From Amphiscolops sp. MND2022 (Eukaryota), in NCBI GenBank assembly GCA_964187785.1, contig OZ076409.1, positions 77,936,001 to 78,000,000 on the forward strand: a DNA stretch of 64,000 nt. The letters are read 5' to 3'. The translations under genes and the position numbers were made by a program. Below, one piece after another: positions 13,816-26,282 of this stretch. Under the pieces are notes generated by a model. It had not been told where the DNA came from, did not search any database, and saw only the letters and a program-made list of their open reading frames with translations. The first letter of the stretch is position 1; every line of letters begins with the position of its first letter.

Positions 13816-15007
13816 TTTGCCGCTCAAGTATCCCGCTAAAATAAATAATTTTTATTGCTATTCTTCGATTTCGCGCGTTTTGGTAGACGGAAAGTGATGG
13901 GAGGGGTAAGGTCGAGTTTCCATCTTCCCAACTCAAATACGAACAAAAGTTAGAAATAACGCAGATAAGCTAAACCATTTCGGCGACATGAGTAACGCGC
14001 AGTGAAATCGGCTTTATTCTATTTTTTTCCCTATTGCTTATGAAATTTTATACGGCTGCAGTGGTAGTCAATTTTTGAATTCAATGTTGAATAAACTTGG
14101 TGATTTCGTACGTAGCATCGAATGCCAAGACTGAATCACCAAGTCTTCACATTGTTGCCAAATATTCTCTTTGAAATCAACGTCACTGTTATAGTTGACA
14201 TTGAGTATCCTCAATCGATATTCCACAGTCTGTCAAAGTAAGTGTAACCCCAAAATTATTATTGTTTTGATGATTACTAAAAACAATTCATTACAAAGGA
14301 CAACTTTTCAATCGTTACAAACTTTCCCAAAAATTGACATTTTTGCCAAACTGTGTAAAATTCGGTTTTCTTTGCCCTAGTTCTTTGTGTAGCATTACTT
14401 TTAGTTAACTCTTTTCGATTCGGACCAAATGTATAAGAAAATTATGTTCGGTGTTCTCATACCCCCAAAAATCGCAGTCATTTTGTAACGTGGGCTTTGA
14501 TCATCACATCAAAAATGTGTAATTTAGTGTCTTTTTCAAAATCGATCTGACTTGGCATTAAGTCCAAATTAAATTCAAATAGTGCTTTTTGAGCTCTATC
14601 AATACTGGTTTTTAGTCGGCGTTTTCAAAGAAAATGCACGACTCTTACAGTGGCTAGTTTTTTTGTCAGTTCAACGCGATCGGTCCACTTTTTTAAACTC
14701 CTTACCAAATTAATTTTCAGTCTTTCAGGAGCAGGAGCGCGTGGGTTCGAGTCTCGCACTAAACCACAAGTTTTTTATTGGTTCCAAAAGTAGAGGGGAG
14801 ACCAAAGGGAGACATTTGGGTTTTTTTGGCACTATGGGACTTTTTTCCAGAAATTTTTGAATTCTATTAAGGGGTGCCCCCTTGAATTGTTTTGAAGCTT
14901 TTGGATTGTAAAAAAACGTTTAATAGGCCTAAAGGGTTTCTTTTTGGATTTTTCGGCATTATGCAACTTATATTACCAAATTTTAACTTTTCTCAAAAGA
15001 CAATTAG

Positions 15008-15569
15008 TTTTTAGTCGGCGCTTTTCGAAGAAAAACGCAGACTATAGTAGTGACTTCTTTTTTTTAAGACCAACGAACTGACAGATTTTATAAAGAGTTA
15101 TAAATAGCTGACCTGACTTCACTGCACTAACAGTAACTGCAACGCTAGCTATCACTGCTGGCACTTGGCATAGAGGTTAATTAAGCTTTTTGAGGTCTGC
15201 CAAGCAGAAGGACGTGGGTTCGAGTCCCCTCCTTGATCAAATTTTTTTGTGCAGGTTTTTTTTGGCTTTGTGAGACTTTTTTCGCAAATTTTTTTTTATG
15301 TCTCCAAAGGGTCCACCCTTCATTTTTTTTCTATTTTGCATAAGAATGGATGTTCAGAACCTCCCAAAGGGCCCCTTCTACAATTTTTCAGCACTATGCG
15401 ACTTACCGGAGACCAAAAAAATTCGAAAAAAAAATTCAAAAAAATTCGGATTTTTTTAAAATTTTTTCCTCACGCGGGTACTGTAGAAGAGAATACTTGA
15501 CACTTTGAAGTCCTTTTGCTATTTTTGAGCCTTAGATATGGCGCCGACTTGGGCCGTTCCCGGCTTGTT
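15008..15569 (+). mobile_element. HINE-like element copy B
   Basis: T-run then agtcggcgc (15013-15021); gcgccgact (15541-15549); stem-loop gccgttcccggc (15553-15564); ends in TT. Confidence 0.75.
15166..15228 (+). promoter_or_regulatory. tRNA-like Pol III A/B-box segment inside HINE copy B (not a functional tRNA)
   Basis: tggcatagaggttaa (A-box-like) and ggttcgagtccc (B-box). Similar B boxes at about 14744 and, inverted, about 4440-4455. No acceptor stem. Confidence 0.5.
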
Positions 15570-15790
15570 TCTTATGTTTCCAGTGCAGAAAAAAAGTTGT
15601 TTCCGAGTTTCAGGAAAACTTTTTCGGGATTTTTCGGAACTGTGTGACTGTGTGATAAATGAAAAATTTCACAAACGTTTTTCCTTGAATATTTTTGAGC
15701 CTTAGTTTTACGCCGACTTGGGCCGTTCCCGGCTTGTTGCAGCTTGGAGTGTTGTCGCACGTATGCAAGGTACATAGTAGAATGTATGTG

Positions 15791-16039
15791 TTTAGTCGGC
15801 GCTTCATGAAGTGAAACACGACAAATATAGTGATTTTTTTGCGACAGAATGGATGTTGAAAAATCACAAAAAGTCCCCTCTTTTAGCACGCCAGATGCCC
15901 GCACTAGCAGGCCCCCGGCGCGCTAATTCGGTCAAACAATGGGTTTTTTCAGGTAAAACAATACTTGACACTTTGTGAAATCCTTTAGCTAATTTTGAGC
16001 CTTAGGTATGGCGCGAACGTATGCCGTTCACGGCTTGTT
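15791..16039 (+). mobile_element. HINE-like element copy C (short)
   Basis: tttagtcggcgcttcatgaagtgaaac at start; gagccttaggtatggcgcgaacgtatgccgttcacggcttgtt at end. Confidence 0.7.
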
Positions 16040-16697
16040 AAAAAACAATGTAACATTCATGTTACCTTTCATCTAAGTTTGACCTGAAAACTTGACCACC
16101 TGGAGTCTGTCGCTTGAATCAGAAAGTCATGACTGGATCCAACACAGTTGATTTGTGTTATCAACTAGTTGAATATATATACATTTAAAAACTTCATCTT
16201 GGACGATTTTTGATCAAGATTTTTTAATCCTCTTTTCGACAGGAAATAGGAGACTCTCCAGAATGGGACGAAGAGAAATACTTGACGGAGGACTCAAGAC
16301 GCAGCATTGTTCAAGTTTTCTTGAAATAAAACAGCTCTAGATACCATCGTTGAAGAATCGTTTTTACTCAACTCCAAAGAAGATTATCACAAATCGGCAA
16401 TCGATTAACGCTGCCAAAAGATAGTACTAATTTTTCCAAGGTGAAAAGAGTAAACAAATGAGAAAAGCCCAGAAGCCCAGAGATCTTACACATAATATAT
16501 TTGCCAGCTCTTATGCTGATCCATAAGAAAACTGACGCTCTTCAATAAAAACTTTTATTTCTTTGAATAGATTTTTGACAGCTATTCGTACTTATTGATT
16601 TCCTTGTTACCACTCAATACTTATTTCGACCCAGAAGTGTACGGCCATAAAATGTAGCAGCAGCATTACCCGACAGCTTGACCGGGGATAAAATACG

Positions 16698-16865
16698 GTG
16701 TATGCACGCTCGCCTACATTGTCACCAAGACCAGCTCCCACTATGATTGCTTCGCGATATCCGTTCCTACTTGGTCTTCGCTCCTGTTGGACCTTGCTTA
16801 TCAAAATGGGCAATAAGCGGCACAAGAAGCCGCGGGGCACAAAAAGAAATAGGGGCATATCCGAA
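16698..16865 (+). repeat. Dispersed repeat core B
   Basis: tatgcacgctcgcc...agaccagctcccactatgattgcttcgcgat...gccgcggggcac...ggggcatatccga is homologous to 60900-61075. Confidence 0.85.
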
Positions 16866-17159
16866 AACCAAAAACATTTTTTGATCTGAGTGACAGAAAG
16901 CATATTCGTGCAAATTGATTCAATCCAAACAACCACCGCTGATGAAAACACAGTTCCTCTATAATGGCCTAAGGTGGTGTACCGAGAATTCGTTTTTGGA
17001 AACGACAACGTGGCTTGTGTTGCAGAAGATAGAACGCAAACAGGAGTTGGAAACAGACCGGTGGTCAAATAACAAAAGTCAGCTAGAATAAGAATTCACC
17101 AGTCGGCCAACATCTTTTGCAATGCAGCACCAGATTCATTTTGAAAATGTTCGAGTTTT

Positions 17160-17359
17160 NNNNNNNNNNNNNNNNNNNNNNNNNNNNNNNNNNNNNNNNN
17201 NNNNNNNNNNNNNNNNNNNNNNNNNNNNNNNNNNNNNNNNNNNNNNNNNNNNNNNNNNNNNNNNNNNNNNNNNNNNNNNNNNNNNNNNNNNNNNNNNNNN
17301 NNNNNNNNNNNNNNNNNNNNNNNNNNNNNNNNNNNNNNNNNNNNNNNNNNNNNNNNNNN
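17160..17359. other. Assembly gap (200 N)
   Basis: Run of n characters. Confidence 1.

Positions 17360-17424
<65 letters not shown>
17360..17424. repeat. (TA)n microsatellite abutting gap
   Basis: Pure atatat... run. Confidence 1.
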
Positions 17425-17427
<3 letters not shown>

Positions 17428-20423
17428 TGTAACGGCTGCTTGCCCTTATCCTGCGCTGAGGCTTGACAAACTTTACGCCGCCCTGATCCGTTGCTTGGTA
17501 CTGTGGACCGTTACTGAACAAATCCTGGTTTTCTTGTTTAAAGGACTCTATCTTTTGACTGGTGGGTCCGATGTGACCCGTGGAATCTCTTGCGATTACG
17601 CTTTGCACTGATTTGGATCCGATGTGATGCTGCACACACTTTCCTCACTGTATGTTCACGCGCTCCGGCTCTCCAACTATGAGAGTAGCTACCTAGTCGC
17701 TCTGACTCTAGCGAATAGTTGTGAAGATTGAGAAGTTGATTAATTAGTCTCTTGGTCCAAAGATCCAGAAACTTGACTACAGCTATTCAGTGGAGAAAAT
17801 CTCTATCTAATAATGGGACAAACATCGTTTACAATTCCACAGTTTATATAGAGCAAATATAAGTTGAAATATGTGGTATAAATAAATGACATTTAAGTGA
17901 ATCGTTAAAGTTTTTAGCTGTGTAAACAAACCAGAGTGTGGGTCTTGAACGTTGGTTAGGTGGGCTCAGAAGCATGTTTACTAGTAAATATCATTGATTT
18001 CAACAAAGTTACATTCTAAAGTGTTCATATAGGTAAATAGCATTGTTTACATTTTGGCTCAATGACCTTGAAAACCACACAAGTGAGTGGTAAAGGGGGA
18101 TGAGGTTGGTGGATGACCTTGAAACTTGGCCTGGTTGTTTGTGTTATGTAGCTGCATATGTGTGCCAAGATTCAAGTCTCGACGGTTAATAGTTGGGGAA
18201 AAAACTCCGACTGGGGGGGTTCGCCACTTTGTCACACCTGATATTTCTTCGAAGTTTCATCTAAGTTTCTCAGTGTTTATGTCTTGTTTCTCAATCAGCA
18301 TGTTCTTAATTCTTTTTTTGCCTCCTGATGACTGGCGCGAACATTGCCGGCCCTGTTTTTCTCCCGAAAAACACATTCATAGAACATGGGTGCCAATTTC
18401 ACTACTGGTTATTTGAGTTTGCCATCAATTGTCGTTGTCTTTCTGAGAACTTCTGTTTCATAGTCATGTTTGTCAATTGTTTGCTGTGTTTTCTTTTCCT
18501 GCTGCAATACTTTTCCAGCCCATAATCCAGTTCGTTGACCATAAAGTTGTTTTCCACATGCTCACATAACACAAAATGTTTCCAAAAACTGTTTTCACAT
18601 CTGAAGTCATAGTTTTCCAAATTATCACAAACTCCATCATTAATGTCCAACATTCATTGAGTTCAATCATTTGCTTTTCTTTTGAGCCTTCGAACGGCAT
18701 GATACAAGAATGCTTCTGTTCGTTTATATCGACTTCCATAATAACTTCAACATCGAATTAGTAAATTTCCAGGTAGGTCAAGAATATCTCCAGTCAGTTT
18801 CCCAAGATTTGCTTTGCTACACATTTCGTCATCAAAGTTGACTGACTGCGGGGGAGATATATCAAAACGAGTTCGTTCTCAGATCTTTCCATAATCTTGT
18901 TTTGGATCTGCTCTTCTTGCAAGGTCGTTGAATCATCCATCATTATCATCAGTAGATAAAAAAAATTTTCAACTTTACGGCAACTAAAGTTTTTCCTCTT
19001 CTTTTCAGTGCCATCTGTGCATCCAATGGGAATGAATTTGTATTTTAAACTCAGTCGCTGCACTACTTTTAGCTTTTTGCCTACAGACACATCGTTTTCC
19101 GTAGCTACGTCCAAGTTTTCTCCCAATAACTGCAACGCTTTGGAGTTTCGCTTTCGCTTCTGTTTGTAGAACGTCTTTGAGCTTCTTTCACCGCAAAACC
19201 CCAACGTCTTGTCATCTGGGTTTCTATCAGGCTGCGATAGATCGTCCGAGACTTCCAATTTACCAAAAGACCCATACTGAGTCCACGTTGTCTTGAACGG
19301 TGCAGCCGGCCCATTGCAAGACCCGTCGCTCCAACTTGCTGTTGTTGGTACTTTCAAAGATCACATTTGCGTTCTTGTCACTGATAATCTGCCTCTCAAA
19401 TCATGTAGCCATACTGTGTCACTTCGTAATCCATTCTCGTTCAATTGAACTCTTTCCTCCATTTCCTGTATCAGGTTCCACGTAGTTTCAATCTTTCACG
19501 TTCTTTTCGTCTGTTGCTTCCGGTGGCCTTTGCTTAATTGAATTTTATCACTGCCGTTAGCCTGTGACACTGCGTCCATCCCGGAGTTTCCATTACTAAT
19601 CCAAGGGTTCCATACATTTCTATGGCTCGGGATAGTTTCTTCAACAAGGTTTACTTTGAAGTCGTAATCCGTTTTCTTTACAAAAGGTACTTCCATGGCT
19701 TGTGTTTCACTTTTGGCATTGCATTTCACAAGTTTGCTATCTTTCATTGCAACGTGGCATTGCTTCTGATACATGGCTTCTTCATTCCAATTGTCTTGCA
19801 GTGCAAATTGCTGCTCATTCACTAATCCAAACCTGTTGTCCAACTCAAAACATTTGTTTCCTTCTTCAAGGAGTATATTATCGGCATAGAACGTTGTCAC
19901 TAGAACCAGGTTCGCTTGTTGTGCACGTGGTAGTAACTTCTTCACCGTTGTAGCTTCTGCACTTTCTTGCAGTAGTTCAAATTGCACACTCGATTCTTTC
20001 AAAGTTTGCTTGCTAGATGCGAATGCTGAGCTTCTATGTTCTTTCGTTGTTTCCGTCAATGTATAATTCAAGTTCACCTCTCTTGACCAAGTGAATATCT
20101 TCTTCTAAAACTTGTTTGGCATCCACGAGGAGGGTTTCTGAACGGACGTCTTGCCGACAATCTTCTACAACGAATGTTTCTGACCAGTTCTGTATGCATT
20201 CCGCTGTGAGGAACTTCGATGTTCCTTTGTTTGCAACTTTCACGTCTGGTTGTGATGGTGCTCCTTGTCTGCATGCTCTGTTTTCAGCTTTTGTTCTGTC
20301 TTTCCGATCAGCTTGCTCATCAGCTTTTGTGAGAGGCTTCGAGTCATTCATAGGCGCGGAGAACTTTCCTTCGTGAACTAGTTTCACTGCATTCTCTGAT
20401 TTCGAATGTACTGATACTGCAAT
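17428..20423 (-). mobile_element. Partial copy (3' LTR 17428-18343 plus 3' internal region) of the BEL derivative at 20449-26230
   Basis: Colinear with 20449-23413. LTR runs TGTAAC...GCGAACA. On the minus strand a purine-rich gggagaaaaacagggccggcaa precedes the LTR (PPT). Confidence 0.9.
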
Positions 20424-23400
20424 CTTGAACTTAAATAATTATATATATTGTAACGGCTACTTGCCCTTATTCTGCGCTGAGGCTTGACAAGCTTTACGCC
20501 GCCCTGATCCGTTGCTTGGTACTGTGGACCGTTACTAAACAAATACTGGTTTTCTTGTTTAAAGGACTCTATCTTTTGGCTGGTGGGTCCGATGTGACCC
20601 GTGGAATTTCTTGCGATTACGCTTTGCACTGATTTGGATCCGATGTGATGCTGCACACACTTCCCTCACTTTATGTTCACGCGCTCCGGCTCTCCAACTA
20701 TGAGAGTAGCTACCTAGTTGCTCTGACTCTAGCGAATAGTTGTGAAGATTGAGAAGTTGATTAATTAGTCTCTTGGTCCAAAGACCCAACTTGACTATAG
20801 CTATTCAGTGGAGAAAATCTCTATCTAATAATGGTATAAATATCGTTTACAATTCCACAGTTTATATAGAGCAAATATAAGTTGAAGTATGTGGTAGATA
20901 TAAATGACATTTAAGTGAATCATTAAAGTTATTAGCTATGTAAACAAACCATAGTGTGGGTCTTGAACGTTGGTTAGGTGGGCTCAGAAGCATGTTTAAA
21001 CTATGTAAATATCCTTGATTTCAACAAAGTTACATTCTAAAGTGTTCATATAGGTAAATAGCATTGTTTACATTTTGGCTCAATGACCTTGAAAACCGCA
21101 CATGTGAGTGGTAAAGGGGGTTAAAGTTGGTGGATGACCTTGAAACTTAGCCTGGGTGTTTGTGTTATGTAGCTGCATATGTGTGCCAAGATTCAAGTCT
21201 CGACGGTTAATAGTTGGGGAAAAAACTCCAACTGGGGGGGTTCGCCACTTTGTCACACCTGATATTTCTTCAAAGTTTCATCTAAGATTCTCAGTGTTTA
21301 TGTCTTGTTTCTCAATCAGCATGTTCTTCATTGTCTTTTTTGCCTGCTGATGACTCCCGAAAAACACATTCATAGAACATGGGTGCCAATTTCACTACTG
21401 GTCTTTTGAGTTTGCCATCAATTGTCGTTGTCTTTCTGAGAACTTCTGTTTCATAGTCATGTTTGTCAATTGTTTGCTGTGTTCTTTTCCTGCTGCAATA
21501 CTTTTCCAGCCCATAATCCAGTTCGTTGACCATAAGGTTGTTTTCCACATGCTCACATAACACAAAATGTTTCCAAAAACTGTTTTCACATCTGAAGTCA
21601 TAGTTTTCCAAATTATCACAAACTCCATCATCAATGTCCAACATTCATTGAGTTCAATCATTTGCTTTTCTTTTGAACCTTCGAATGGCATGATACAAGA
21701 ATGCTTCTGTTCGTTTAAATCGACTTCCATAATAACTTCAACATCGAAATAGTAAATTTCTAGGTAGGTCAAGAATATCTCCAGTCAGTTTCCGAAGATT
21801 TGCTTTGCTACACATTTCGTCATCAAAGTTGACTGACTGCGGGGGAGATATGTCAAAACGAGTTCGTTCTCAGATCTTTCCATAATCTTGTTTTGGATCT
21901 GCTCTTCTTGCAAGGTCGTTGAATCATCCATCATTATCATCAGTAGATAAAAAGAATTTTCAACTTTGCGGCAACTAAAGTTTTTCCTCTTCTTTTCGGT
22001 GCCATCTGTGCATCCAATGGGAATGAATTTGTATTTCAAACTCAGTCGCAATACTCAGTTGCACTACTTTAAGCTTTTTGCCTAAAGACACATCGTTTTC
22101 CGTAGCTACGTCCAAGTTTTCTCCCAGTTATGGAGTTTCGCTTTTGCTTCTGTTTGTAGAACGTCTTTGAGCTTCTTTCACCACAAAACCCCAACGTCTT
22201 GTCATCTGGGATTCTATCAGGCTGCGATAGATCGTCCGAGACTTCCAATTTACCAAAAGACCCATACTCAGTCCACGTTGTCTTGAACGGTGCAGCCGGC
22301 CCATTGCAAGACCCGTCGCTCCAACTTGCTGTTGTTGGTACTTTCAAAGATCACATTTGCATTCTTGTCACTAACAATCTGCCTCTCAAATCATGTAGCC
22401 AAACTGTGTCACTTCGAAATCCATTCTCGTTCAATTGAACTCTTTCCTCCATTTCCTGTATCAGAATCCAGGTAGTTTCAATCTTCCAAGTTCTTATCGT
22501 CTGTTGCTTGCGGTGGCCTTTGCTCAATTCAATTTTATCACTGCCGTTAGCCTGTGACACTGCGTCCATCCCGGAGTTTCCATTACTAATCCAAGGGTTC
22601 CATACATTTCTATGGCTCGGGATAGTTTCTTCAACAAGGTTTACTTTGAAGTCGAAATACGTTTTCTTTACAAAAGGTACTTCCATGGCTTGTGTTTCAC
22701 TTTTGGCATTGCCTTTCACAAGTTTGCTATCTTTCATTGCAACGTGGCATTGCTTCTGATACATGGCTTTTTCATTCCAATTGTCTTGCAGTGCAAATTG
22801 CTGCTCATTCACTAATCCAAACCTGTTGTCCAACTCAAAACATTTGTTTCCTTCTTCAAGGAGTATATTATCGGCATAGAACGTTGTCACTAGAACCAGG
22901 TTCGCTTGTTGTGCACGTGGCAGTAACTTCTTCACCGTGGTAGCGTCTGCACTTTCTTGCAGTAGTTCAAATTGCACACTCGATTCTTTCAAAGTTTGCT
23001 TGCTAGATGCGAATGCTGAGCTTCTATGCTCTTTCGTTGTTTCCGTCAATGTATAATTCAAGTTCACCTCTCTTGACCAAGTGAATCTCTTCTTCTAAAA
23101 CTTGTTTGGCATCCACGAGGAGGGTTTCTGAACGGACGTCTTGCCGACAATCTTCAACAACGAATGTTTCTGACCAGTTCTGTATGCATTCCGCTGTGAG
23201 GAACTTCGAGGTTCCTTTGTTTGCAACTTTCACGTCTGGTTGTGATGGTGCTCCTTGTCTGCATGCTCTGTTTTCAGCTTTTGTTCTGTCTTTCCGATCA
23301 GCTTGCTCATTGGCTTCTGTGAGAGGTTTCGAGTCACTCATAGGCGCGGAGAACTTTCCTTCGTGAACTAGTTTCAGTGCATTCTCTGATTTCGAATGTA

Positions 23401-24939
23401 CTGATACTGCAATATTGGACTTAGTCTCGATCTCAGCTGTTTCGGTCTTGTCTATCCTTTTTGAATCTTTCGTCAGGTTGTCGTCTGGTGATCTGACCGG
23501 TGAAATACTTCGCAAGCTAGACCCAGGACTATTAGATACTTTCGCTATTTGTCTTTCTATTTCAGCTACCCAAGCTTTGCGGGCAAGCGCTTCTTGAAAA
23601 GTAGCCTTTTCAATTTCTAAAGCTTCGCGTTTCAGTTTCTTTATTCGCGTTTGCAGTTCTTCTTGCTCTTTCAGAGCTTTCACTTTCAAATAAAGAACTC
23701 GTCTACTACTTGAAATTTTCGAAATCACTGAGCTTCTGTTGCTTCTGGTTTCAACTAGTTGTGAACGTTTGCCCAGTTCCTCTATTTGTAATGATCCAGA
23801 CTCGCTTCTTTGGTCTTGGAATTCATCCAATTGCTTATCTTCCGCTTTCTCTTATGCTAGAGGAACCAATCGTTCTTCATTAGACTCCTTCGAGCTAACT
23901 GTTGTTCTGCTGTCCATTTGAAATGTTTTGGCAGACACCTTACTATTTTCTTGGGGTCGTGATGTCATATCGTTGACTGAGTTTTCCAATTCAGATATGC
24001 TGTCTCCCAAAACACAGCGAGGTTCTCGGTCATTGGTCCTTCTTGACTGCATCAGTGATTCCATTTCACTAGCCGTTTTCTTTATGGAATTTTGTTTTTC
24101 CTGAGGGACACGTCTTTGCTTCAACTTTCTTGTGCGGTTGCAACTCATAGCTGCGTCTGCAGATGTTCCATTTGCCATCAGGCTCAGTTTCAACTCCATT
24201 GTCCCGTCAATTGGACACTTTAACATTTGCATCACATCGGGAAATTAGTATCCCCAACTCGACTTCAGTTTCGCGGAGCATTCTTTCCATTCAGTCACAC
24301 TTCGACTGAGCTGTATTTGCGTTTCTTCATTCGTAAGAACCAACATACAGTCTACACAAAAAAGCAACGCTTGTCTTCTGTCGCAGTAGTCAATTACCCA
24401 ATCAACCAAACGGCTTTTGCATACCACAGGTTCTTTCGCATCGAGCTTGTCATCCAAAACTTTATTAAACGTATGGAGCTTTTTTCACATGTAGGGGTAC
24501 AATATTGCAATAGAGGCTCCACTCGTACCAATCTGACGCATTCTCCAAATCGTTTGGTCTAAGTTCTATTAGTTGTTGGCTCTGCTTTGTGTTTCTTTCT
24601 TCAAACACATTTGTCATTCGAGGATGATGCATCCCGTGCCTTTCTTTCTTTCTGCTTTTCATTTGTTCTGATAACTCTTTTGTTTTACTGACCGCTTTCG
24701 AACTTCGCAATGGTTACTTGTAAACTTTGTCACTTTTCCCAACTGTGCTATTCTCAGATGCAAAGAGTCAACTGCTCAATCCGGTAATCAATCGCCAATT
24801 CGTGAAGAATCAATCCAATAGTGTCAAATATACTTGCCTTCTTTGACGAACTTGGTTGTCTCGCTGGATTTTGTCCATCTGTCCAAAGAATACACGTCGT
24901 CTCGAAACTAGAATTGATGCACAAGTATCTCCAGAGTGT

Positions 24940-25140
24940 CGCTAAAGCCCAACTCCCAGAGTACACAATAGCCCATACTGCCAGAGTCACAAAATCCCAA
25001 ACTCCCAGTGTACACAATAGTCAGAACTCCAGAGTCACAAAAGCCCAAACTCCCAGAGTACACAATTGCTCCAACTCCCAGAGTCGCACTAGCCCAACTC
25101 CAGAGTCACAATGGCACAATTGCCCAGAGAAACACTAGCC
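24940..25140. repeat. Degenerate ~20-bp tandem repeats in the BEL 5' leader
   Basis: Repeated units such as cccaactcccagagtacacaatagc and aactccagagtcacaa. Confidence 0.7.
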
Positions 25141-25228
25141 CAAGCTCTCAAAGATAGACACTTGCTCTTCTTGGGCAATCTTCTTCAGCTGTCCACCAAC
25201 GAGTCGTCTTTGTCCTCGTTATCTTCTC

Positions 25229-25320
25229 GTCCGGGTCGTCCACCAACGAACTGCCCGGGTCGGCGGACCAACCAGCTGTCCGGGTCGGCAGCCCAACAAG
25301 CTGTCCGGGTCGGCGGACCA
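25229..25320 (-). promoter_or_regulatory. Array of four PBS-like motifs, ~25-bp period
   Basis: Plus strand gtccgggtcgtccacca (25229), gcccgggtcggcggacca (25253), gtccgggtcggcagccca (25278), gtccgggtcggcggacca (25303), each ending CCA; the last is 2 nt from the LTR. Confidence 0.8.
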
Positions 25321-26282
25321 AATGTAACGGCTGATTGCCCTTATCCTGCGCTGAGGCTTGACAAGCTTTACGCCGTCCTGATCCGTTGCTTGGTACTGTG
25401 GACCGTTACTAAACAAATACTGGTTTTCTTGTTTAAAGGACTCTATCTTTTGGCTGGTGGGTCCGATGTGACCCGTGGAATCTCCTGCGATTACGCTTTG
25501 CACTGATTTGGATCCGATGTGATGCTGCACACACTTCCCTCACTGTATCTTCACGCGCTTCGGCTCTCCAACTATGAGAGTAGCTACCTAGTCGCTCTGA
25601 CTCTAGCGATTAGTTGTGAAGATTGAGAACTTGATTAATTAGTCTCTTGGTCCTAAGACCCAACTTGACTATAGCTAATCAGTGGGGAAAATCTCTATCT
25701 AATATGGGTATAAATATCGTTTACAATTTTACAGTATAAAAAGAGCAAATATAAAATGAAATAAGTGGTATAAATTAATGACATTTAAGTGAAATATTAA
25801 AGATATTAGCCTTGTAAACAACCCATAGTGGGTCTTTGGAGTTAGGTGTGCTCGAAAGCTTGTTTACACTATGTAAATATTATTAATTTCAACAGACTTA
25901 CTTTCTAAAGTGGTCTTATAGGTAAACACCAATGTTTACATTTTGACTCAATGATCTTGAACACCACACATGTGAGAGGTAAAGGTGGCTATAGTTTGTG
26001 GATTAACTTGAAACTTAGCCTCGGTGTTTGTGTTCTGTGGCTGCATATGTGTGCCAAGTTTCAAGTCTCTACGGTGAATAGTTGGCGAGAAAACTCCGAC
26101 TGGGAGGTTCGCCACTTTTGTCACACTTGATATTCCTTCAAAATTTCAACAAAGTTTCGAAGTGTTTATGTCTTGTTTCTCAATCAGCATGTTCTCGTCT
26201 TTTTTTGCCTGCTGATGACTGGCGCCAACATGTATTTTCAAAAGAAAAAGCTCCTATTTGTTAGCAGTGACACAAATAAAGT

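Larger units (their letters stand above)
14609..15738 (+). mobile_element. HINE-like element copy A (outer; contains nested copy B)
   Basis: 5' T-run then agtcggcgt (14614-14622); 3' acgccgact (15710-15718), then hairpin gccg-ttcc-cggc and terminal ttgtt. Confidence 0.65.
20449..26230 (-). mobile_element. Non-autonomous, internally deleted BEL/Pao LTR retrotransposon (LTRs 20449-~21355 and 25323-26230)
   Basis: ~900-bp direct repeats TGTAACGGCT...GGCGCCAACA; minus-strand PBS TTTGGTCCGCCGACCCGGA after the right LTR; BEL-type integrase tail RPVVKLAPMF just before the left LTR; coiled-coil gag-like ORFs 22351-24710; flanks tatat/tgtat as a possible 5-bp TSD. No RT YxDD, RNase H or integrase core recognisable. 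Confidence 0.85.

Noticed and set aside
15160..15235. Functional tRNA gene
   Set aside because: No acceptor stem or proper cloverleaf; it lies inside a repeat.
17083..17635. Long ORFs with YIYIYI and X runs
   Set aside because: Artefacts of the N gap and (TA)n repeat.
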